Of a stretch of 5,356 nt of DNA, positions 1-5,356 are shown piece by piece. A program made the position numbers and the translations under genes. How positions within the stretch are numbered: position 1 is the first letter of the stretch; each line of letters starts with the position of its first letter. Location: contig NW_021830052.1 of the NCBI RefSeq assembly GCF_006345805.1, forward strand, positions 1 to 5,356, in the 5' to 3' direction. The DNA comes from Octopus sinensis (Eukaryota). A model generated the notes under the pieces. The model saw only the letters and a program-made list of their open reading frames with translations, did not search any database and was not told the origin of the DNA.

Positions 1-83
1 CATTATTATTTTATTATTATTATACTGTAGCTATTGTTGTCTTTATTCAATAGTTTTATTTTTATCGCGTGCTTTCACTGCAG

Positions 84-98
84 CTCAGCATGCCACGG
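84..98 (+). other. Candidate 15-nt microexon (unconfirmed)
   Basis: T-rich tract then GCTTTCACTGCAG (AG at 82-83), 15 nt CTCAGCATGCCACGG, then a consensus donor G|GTAAGT (99-104). Length is a multiple of 3 and there is no stop in any frame. Confidence 0.2.
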
Positions 99-433
99 GT
101 AAGTGTAGTGTTTTGTTTTGGAGATGTTATTTTTACTCAATTCAAAAGTGCTCAACGTAAGGTGTGTGCGTGCCAAGCAGTGCTATAATTTATGTTATAT
201 ATATATATATGATGACATACAATAGAAATACAAAATGGCTGATGGTTAGTAAGGAGAGACACAAATAAGAAAGAAGAAAACAAAGGACCACTGATGCGGT
301 CACAGGAGTGTGACGAAGAACTCTGGCCGAAATTAGATTAGATAATGTAAAAAATAAATCACTGAAGCAAAATAACACAAATATATAGTGGTGTTTTTTA
401 TTGGTTAAACTGGCAAAATGACCATTCCGAAAT

Positions 434-438
<5 letters not shown>

Positions 439-466
<28 letters not shown>
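439..466. repeat. (AT)14 microsatellite
   Basis: Read directly from the sequence. Confidence 0.95.
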
Positions 467-469
<3 letters not shown>

Positions 470-479
470 TATTTATATT

Positions 480-878
480 TATATTCGTAAATCCCAAACC
501 TAGAGCTTTGATTCAATAGTTTCCTGTGTGATTTCGTCCATCCCTAAAGCATCCCTTATTACGAGGGATTTTTCTCACCTTCCGCATTGGGGTTATCTCT
601 ATTTCTAGATCTTTGTTTTTCGATTATTGTTTCATTTCTTTTAGAGATGTATTGTCAGTGGTTTGAACTGATATGTGGATTTGGAGGCATTTGTTACCTT
701 GAAGGTGAATGGTAACAATATCTGGCCGATTAGCCTTGATCTCTCTCACTGTGTATATTGACTGTCCCAGAGTACGGTTGCTTCGTCATTTTCTGGGGTA
801 TGCCAATGCCATCTTCATACACTCAGCGTTCGATAGTGCTCCCGCAACATCCAGCGTGATGACCGGTCCAACTCTGTG
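480..878 (-). mobile_element. Decayed 3' fragment of an R4/Dong-like non-LTR retrotransposon, restriction-like endonuclease (RLE) domain
   Basis: Manual minus-strand translation: RWMLREHY (856-833), stop (817-815), RWHWHTPENDEATVLWD, 1-nt frameshift, SIYTVREIKANRPDIVTIHLQGNKCLQIHISVQTTDNTSLKEMKQ*SKNKDLEIEITPM, frameshift, LVIRDALGM (DALGM 553-539). The motif order matches the known pattern HW..C..Y / W..H.P....EN....LWD..I.TD..I.ANRPDIV / IDV / KY.DL..EI / P..IGALG. PD is at 725-720. Two stops and two frameshifts. Clade assignment is from motif recall. Confidence 0.85.
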
Positions 879-915
879 TATAATAATAATAATAATAATA
901 ATAAAATATATTATT

Positions 916-962
<47 letters not shown>

Positions 963-1260
963 TATTATTATTATTATTATTATTAACCCGTATCTTCATC
1001 ATCACCGTCATATTCTTCTTCTTCTTCTTTTCCTTGTTGTTGTTGTTGTTGTTCTTGTTCTTGTTCTTGTCCTTCTCCTCCTCCACCTCCTCCTCCTTCT
1101 TCTTCTTCTTCTTCTTCTCTTCTTCTTCTTCTTCTCCTCCTCTTTCTTCTTTTTCTTCTTCTTCTTCTTCTTCTTCTTCTTCTTCTTCTACGTCGTCGTC
1201 TTCTTCTTCTTGTTTTCCTCCTCCTCCTCCTCCTCCTCCTCTTCCTTGCTATCATCATCC
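879..1260. repeat. Compound trinucleotide microsatellite: (ATA)n-(ATC)n-(ATT)n-(CTT)n-(GTT)n-(CTC)n-(CTT)n-(CGT)n-(CCT)n-(ATC)n
   Basis: Read directly. It explains the homopolymer ORFs 709..1431, 823..1086, 983..1282 and 1034..1321. Confidence 0.95.
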
Positions 1261-1401
1261 TGTTTCCAACAGACTCACGCAAGTTTCAGCTGCACCGCCC
1301 GTTGCGTCTCCTTCTTACTGAGACTTGCGCAGCCGTCTGCTGGAGATGTCGGCTGGTGTTCGCGTGTCACACCTAATTTACTTCACCGCGGGTTTTGCAT
1401 G

Positions 1402-1421
1402 TTCTTCTTCTTCTTCTTCTT
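1402..1421. repeat. (CTT)n microsatellite
   Basis: ttcttcttcttcttcttctt read directly. Confidence 0.9.
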
Positions 1422-1536
1422 GTTATTTTAGTGTTTCCTTTGTTTCTTTCCATGTGCTATGTGGGTCACATGAGGTACTTTTATAACATTGGGCGTTAAC
1501 TTCAGAATAAGTGCAAAATGTGCAAACTGTGTTATA

Positions 1537-1566
1537 TTGGGTTGGTGCATAATTATGGCGGTTTTT
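1537..1566. mobile_element. Single mariner (Tc1/mariner) terminal inverted repeat preceded by a TA target dinucleotide
   Basis: TA|TTGGGTTGGTGCATAATTATGGCGGTTTTT closely resembles the Hsmar1/MADE1 TIR as I recall it (TA|TTAGGTTGGTGCAAAAGTAATTGCGGTTTT): about 4 substitutions and 1 gap. No partner TIR seen in the window. Confidence 0.75.
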
Positions 1567-1664
1567 ACCAACAAATTTTATTCAACAAAAACAATACTCT
1601 TTTACTCTTTTACTTGTTTCAGTCATTTGACCGTGGCTATGCTGGAGTACCGCCTTTAGTCGAG

Positions 1665-2134
1665 CAGATCGATCCCAGGACTTATTCTTTGTAAGCCTAG
1701 TACTTTTCCTATAGGTCTCTCTAAGTTACAGGGACGTAAACACACCAGCATCGGTTGTCAGGTCGACCCCAGGACTTTTTCTTTGTAAGCCTAGTACTTT
1801 TTCTATCGGTCTCTCTAAGTTACAGGGGCGTAAACACACCAGCATCGGTTGCCAGATCGACCCCAGGACTTATTCTTTGTAAGCCTAGTACTTTTTCTAT
1901 CGGTCTCTCTAAGTAACAGGGACGTAGACACACCAGCATCGGTTGTCAGGTCGACCCCAGGACTTATTCTTTGTAAGCCTAGTACTTTTTCTATCGGTCT
2001 CTCTAAGTTACAGGGACGTAAACACACCAGCATCGGTTGCCAGATCGACCCCAGGACTTATTCTTTGTAAGCCTAGTACTTTTTCTATCGGTCTCTTTAG
2101 GTTACGGAGACGTAAACACACCAGCATCGGTTGT
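1665..2134. repeat. Tandem array of 5 x 94 bp inside the SINE 3' body
   Basis: Units start at 1665, 1759, 1853, 1947 and 2041, exactly 94 bp apart. Each is approximately CAGATCGACCCCAGGACTTATTCTTTGTAAGCCTAGTACTTTTTCTATCGGTCTCTCTAAGTTACAGGGACGTAAACACACCAGCATCGGTTGT, with a few substitutions per unit. Confidence 0.97.
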
Positions 2135-2301
2135 CAAGCGATGTTGCGTGGACAAACACAGACACACAAACACACACACACATATATATATATACTTATA
2201 TGCGACGGGCTTCTTTCAGTTTCCGCCTACCAAATCCACTCACAAGGCTTTGGTTGGCCCGAGGCAATAGTAGAAGACACTTGCCCAAGGTGCCACGCAG
2301 T

Positions 2302-2355
2302 AGGACTGAATCCGGAACCATGTGGTTGGTAAGCAAGCTACTTACCACACAGCCG
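2302..2355 (-). promoter_or_regulatory. Degenerate internal RNA polymerase III type 2 promoter (A and B boxes) of the SINE head
   Basis: A-like CGGCTGTGTGG versus consensus TRGCNNAGYGG; B-like GATTCAGTCCT versus consensus GGTTCRANNCC. Spacing is tRNA-like. Both boxes deviate from consensus, so activity is doubtful. Confidence 0.65.
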
Positions 2356-2727
2356 CTCCTGCGCCTATAATATATATCGTGAAGTATATTTGCCACCTAA
2401 ATTGATGCTACTGTAGCTTGTAGCCCCAGGAGGACTCCTCCTCCAGCTGGATATTGACACACTATCTGTGCCCTAACAGTATTTGCAAAGGGAAGTCATC
2501 GTTCCCATCTCCAGACTGACGTGATACACATGGACCCGGGTTTCTGAGTATTGACCCGTCATCAGCGTGTGACAACCACCGGTTGGCGACGGGACGCGGT
2601 TCTCAATGCAAATATATTTGTACTTTTTCCAGTGACCTCTTCAGCGATTCTTTCCGTCCTCGTGCGTGCTCCTGCACCACTCGGCCCATTCTTTTCTGTA
2701 ATGTCTATCCTTATATGCGCATGCGCT

Positions 2728-2778
2728 TGCGTGCGTGTGTGTGTGTGTGTGGATGCGTATATGTGTGTGTGTGTGTAT
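2728..2778. repeat. Interrupted (GT)n microsatellite
   Basis: Read directly. Confidence 0.9.
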
Positions 2779-2963
2779 GCGGGGTGGCAACGCTTAGCAG
2801 TGATGTATATAAATGCAAATATGTTTCCAGTTCAAGTATGCTTGAGGCGTATTCGAACCAGTGAGAAAGACATTCACCGTATTTTGTCAAGAAGAGCATT
2901 TTTCGCTCTAGACAAGTTAGGTGTAAATACACCGAGTCAGTTCACAGCTCTACCTATCTATAT

Positions 2964-3000
2964 GCATATATATATATATATATTATATATATATATATAT
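2964..3000. repeat. Interrupted (TA)n microsatellite
   Basis: Read directly. Confidence 0.9.
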
Positions 3001-3329
3001 AACGGGAAGCTTTATGAAAATAGACAAAAGACGAAGGCAGGTGGGAAACAAACAAACAATTGTATTAGTATGGCGCTCAGGAAATATAAATAAAACAAGT
3101 CTTTAACGTTTCGAGCCTACGCTCTTCAACAGAAAGATACACAGAGAGAAAAAAAACACAGAGAAAGAAGAAAAAAAAAATGCGTGCAGTAGCTAACGAA
3201 TCAACATGGCGATCTGATTTCGGCCAGAGGTCAAGATCAAACATGAGACGCGAGAGCGAAATAAGGGGAGATAATAGGGTTGATAATAGGGTTGAATGAC
3301 CAGCTATTAGTGCGTAGGAGAGGTCTGGA
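3001..3329 (-). mobile_element. Probable Penelope-like element terminal-repeat (pLTR) fragment, non-coding
   Basis: Contains the CTG.NGAAG...CGAAACGT signature typical of Penelope pLTRs, preceded on the minus strand by a pyrimidine-rich tract and bounded by (TA)n and (GTAT)n. No RT or GIY-YIG coding remnant recognised. Boundaries are approximate. Confidence 0.55.
3100..3137 (-). ncRNA. Minimal type I hammerhead ribozyme-like motif, variant core
   Basis: UCUUU (helix I) - CUGUUGA - A - GAGC/GUAG/GCUC (helix II) - GAA - AC|GU (palindromic helix III) - U - AAAGA (helix I partner). Both helices pair perfectly. The core differs from CUGANGA at position 6 (A to U). Confidence 0.6.
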
Positions 3330-3410
3330 CGTGTGTATGTATAGGGTTGGTGTATGTATTAGTATGTATTAGTATGTATAAATATATATAAATATGTGTA
3401 TGGGTATGTA

Positions 3411-3450
3411 TGTTTGCTTGCTTGTGTGAACGCCTGGTTTGTACGTTTAT
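3411..3450 (+). repeat. 40-bp dispersed direct repeat, copy 1 (copy 2 at 4219-4258)
   Basis: tgtttgcttgcttgtgtgaacgcctggtttgtacgtttat; 38/40 identical to 4219-4258. Confidence 0.9.
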
Positions 3451-3615
3451 ATATATAAAGGAAATATAATTTATGGCCTACCTCCCCGCCACCACACACT
3501 CAGTGACACTCTTAGAACCCCCTTGGAGTCAATGTTCTGTCCAGCAGACCCAAAAATTATTTTCTTCTTCTCTCTCCCTTCCTCTCTTTCTCTTTAGCAC
3601 TCGCCTCAGATACAA

Positions 3616-3668
3616 ACACACACACACACACACATACACACACACACACACACATACACATACACACA
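3616..3668. repeat. Interrupted (CA)n microsatellite followed by a CT-rich tract
   Basis: Read directly. Confidence 0.92.
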
Positions 3669-3916
3669 TGTTCTCTCTCTCACTTTCTCCTCATCCACCT
3701 CACCCTCTTGTACTGTCTTATTCCTCCCCACCACTACGAAACTCTATAAAATGATTAAAATTCCCCACAAAGGAATTATTTTGATTTGAAAACCCCACTA
3801 GAATGGGAGAAAGCGCTAATGATCTCAGTGATATGATATATATGTAAAAATGTAATATATAAATAAATATCTGTAAATATAAACCATCCGATCTTCTGAT
3901 TACCTCATTTCTTCTA

Positions 3917-4050
<134 letters not shown>

Positions 4051-4115
4051 AGTCAACATTCTAATATTCGAAAGCTGGATACCAACTAAATTTTTCTCCA
4101 TTTCTTATTTGGTAT

Positions 4116-4117
<2 letters not shown>

Positions 4118-4146
<29 letters not shown>

Positions 4147-4170
4147 CACACACAACACCCACACCCACAC

Positions 4171-4200
<30 letters not shown>
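4118..4200. repeat. Compound (CA)n-(TA)n microsatellite
   Basis: Read directly. Confidence 0.92.
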
Positions 4201-4201
<1 letters not shown>

Positions 4202-4218
4202 TTGTGTATGTGTATGCC

Positions 4219-4258
4219 TGTTTGCTTGCTTGTGTGAACGTCTGGTTTGTGCGTTTAT
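4219..4258 (+). repeat. 40-bp dispersed direct repeat, copy 2
   Basis: tgtttgcttgcttgtgtgaacgtctggtttgtgcgtttat; differs from 3411-3450 by two transitions. Confidence 0.9.
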
Positions 4259-4276
4259 GTATATATGTATATAACA

Positions 4277-4314
<38 letters not shown>

Positions 4315-4344
4315 GATGTATGCATATATATATGTGTATATATA
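4259..4344. repeat. Interrupted (TA)n/(TATG)n microsatellite
   Basis: Read directly. Confidence 0.9.
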
Positions 4345-4496
4345 TTTGTGTGTACAGCGGTGTTTACATGGAACGAGAACAAATGCTGCTTTTCAGAATA
4401 ACCTGCAGAGCGTTTACACTGTTCAAATGTCACCAGAAGAAGTTACCAAATGCTTTTTTGCCCCATTCACATTCTTCCCCTACCAAAAGAAAAACA

Positions 4497-4551
4497 ATGA
4501 AAGCATTCTTGCCATACCCTATTTTATTCTTAATACTAATTAATGCGACAG
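4497..4551 (+). CDS. Candidate first coding exon encoding a signal peptide, MKAFLPYPILFLILINAT(G)
   Basis: ATG lies in an A-rich context (AAAACAATGA). The peptide has a Lys n-region, a hydrophobic core and small residues at the end, followed by a phase-1 donor CAG|GTATGT (4552). An upstream acceptor TGCTGCTTTTCAG ends at 4396. No homology recognised. Confidence 0.3.
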
Positions 4552-4663
4552 GTATGTGTGCAGGTAATAAAATAAAAAAAGAAGGAATCTCGCATAAAGG
4601 TATGCTTATGTCTATGCCAAACACACGATGGTTGCTTCGCCCGCTCTTTTCCCCTTTTGTGCG

Positions 4664-4702
4664 CTCAAACCGTAAAGACGAGACGCAAATGCCGCTAAGC
4701 AT
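4664..4702 (-). mobile_element. Short degenerate fragment resembling the tRNA-like head of the Nin-domain SINE family
   Basis: ctcaaaccgtaaagacgagacgcaaatgccgctaagcat resembles in-window 5240-5263 (ctcagaactagcggcagacgaaat). The continuation ccgctaagcat matches the family as I recall it. Confidence 0.35.
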
Positions 4703-4803
4703 ATACTGAGGTAAGGATATGGTCCGAGAGTCTAGGCACGGTGAAGGTCTCTACTGCCATAGGCATGTTATGGTCCTGGGACTGGCATTTGTGGACAGCC
4801 ATC

Positions 4804-4960
4804 TTCGCCCCGATAACGGTAAGCAGGGATATGGTACGGCGGCCATATTCCTGCTCACCGCTATCGGAGCGGAAATGGTTCTCCGCAATTGCCAGTCCCG
4901 TGTGTTAGAATGGCTGTTTCAGCGCATCTCCCTCGCTATACCCCGCGACGAAAGCCTTTT
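4804..4960 (+). mobile_element. Decayed C-terminal RLE segment of a CRE-like non-LTR retrotransposon
   Basis: FAPITV (4804-4821), then in another frame GTAAIFLLTAIGAEMVLRNCQSRVLEWLFQRISLAIPR (WLFQRISLAI at 4911-4940). This resembles the pattern F.P.A.ET.G.WG..A..FL..IG.......G..RE..WLFQRISLA.QRGNA. Frameshifted, with no RT domain visible. Confidence 0.6.
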
Positions 4961-5080
4961 CCATTTTGTCTGTGGTGCCATGAAAAATGTATCCATATTG
5001 TGTATGAGGCAAGATTTTTCAAAATCAATTCAAATAAAACAGTGTATCTCATTCGAATTCAGTATATTGTACAGTCTTTA

Positions 5081-5356
5081 TACCTATCTCTTTACTACCC
5101 ACAAGGGGCTAAACACAGAAGGGACAAACAAGGACAGACAAACGGATTAAGTCGATTACATCGACCCCAGAGCGTAACTGGTACTTAATTTATCGACCCC
5201 GATAGGATGAAAGGCAAGTCGACCTCGGCGGAATTTGAACTCAGAACTAGCGGCAGACGAAATACCTATTTCTTACTACCCACAAGGGTAAACACAGAGG
5301 GACAAACAAGGACAGACAAACGGATTAAGTCGATTACATCGACCCCAGAGCGTAAC
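5081..5356 (-). mobile_element. Nin-domain tRNA-derived SINE, tandemly repeated (about 180-bp period) and cut by the window end
   Basis: The minus strand has a B box GAGTTCAAATTCC (5242-5230), then the Nin-type motif GCCTTTCATCCTATCGGGGTCGATAAATTAAGTACCAG (5215-5178). Bases 5081-5178 recur at 5263-5356 (offset 182 falling to 178 through small deletions). No A box in the window. Confidence 0.85.

Larger units (their letters stand above)
1595..2365 (-). mobile_element. tRNA-derived CORE-type SINE (octopus OR-like family) with an internal tandem expansion
   Basis: The minus strand begins GGCGCAGGAGCGGCTGTGTGGTAAG, with A-box-like (2355-2345) and B-box-like (2312-2302) motifs. A CORE-like segment follows: CACCTTGGGCAAGTGTCTTCTACTATTGCCTCGG (about 2293-2260). 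Then a central (TG)/(TA) tract (about 2154-2200), a 3' body, and a short-repeat tail (AAAGAGTA)x2.5 at 1595-1614. Family name is from recall of octopus SINEs. Confidence 0.9.

Noticed and set aside
310-337. Second hammerhead-like string GTGACGAAGAACTCTGGCCGAAATTAG
   Set aside because: C3 is missing, helix II does not pair well, and there is no convincing helix I or III.
709-1431. 240-aa ORF and overlapping ORFs 823..1086, 983..1282 and 1034..1321 as proteins
   Set aside because: They are homopolymer runs produced by trinucleotide microsatellites. The N-terminus of the 240-aa ORF is the antisense of the RLE fossil.
1665-2134. CRISPR array interpretation of the regular repeats
   Set aside because: Units are contiguous 94-bp copies with no unique spacers, no cas genes are present, and the context is a eukaryotic SINE.
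2290-2365. Functional tRNA gene
   Set aside because: The A and B boxes are degenerate, I could not build a clean cloverleaf, and the sequence continues directly into the CORE-like SINE body.
1815-2396. ORFs 1815..2033, 1849..2070, 1943..2332, 2037..2270, 2131..2370 and 2196..2396
   Set aside because: All lie essentially within the non-coding SINE. Their repeated peptides simply mirror the 94-bp units.
2400-2960. Exon candidates (2633-2697 and from 2831) and ORFs 2551..3093, 2583..2864 and 2711..2932
   Set aside because: The acceptors are reasonable but the donors are weak, the ORFs cross (GT)n or (TA)n tracts, and no peptide is recognisable. 2405-2560 may be an unassigned repeat that I could not identify.
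3202-3211. YY1/Pho-like motif CAACATGGCG, or a translation start
   Set aside because: A single short motif inside a probable repeat; the frame stops after three codons (ATG GCG ATC TGA).
321-3229. 13-bp inverted match ctctggccgaaat (321-333) and atttcggccagag (3217-3229)
   Set aside because: About one such match is expected by chance in a window this size, and it does not extend.
3270-3348. TAGGGTT motifs as interstitial telomere repeats
   Set aside because: They arise from a 12-bp local duplication (GATAATAGGGTT x2) plus one isolated copy, not a (TTAGGG)n array.
4719-5150. 143-aa ORF as an intact gene
   Set aside because: The middle is better explained by a frameshifted CRE-like remnant, and the 3' end runs into the Nin-domain SINE.

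Overview
AT-rich, microsatellite-dense eukaryotic DNA, most likely an intron or intergenic region of an octopus (cephalopod). The taxon is inferred from the SINE families I recognise, not from a search. No intact protein-coding gene is supported: nearly all ORFs in the track are microsatellite or repeat artefacts. The window is mostly transposon remains: a decayed R4/Dong-like non-LTR endonuclease (RLE) fragment (480-878, minus), one mariner terminal inverted repeat (TIR, 1537-1566), and a tRNA-derived CORE-type SINE (1595-2365, minus) carrying an internal 5 x 94 bp array. It also holds a probable Penelope-like terminal-repeat fragment (about 3001-3329, minus) containing a minimal hammerhead-ribozyme fold with a non-canonical core, a CRE-like RLE C-terminal remnant (about 4804-4960, plus), and a tandemly repeated Nin-domain SINE (5081-5356, minus). 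Three unconfirmed exon candidates are a 15-nt microexon, a CpG-rich 94-nt exon and a signal-peptide exon. The most interesting signals are the variant hammerhead and the amplification of the same SINE domain in two separate arrays.
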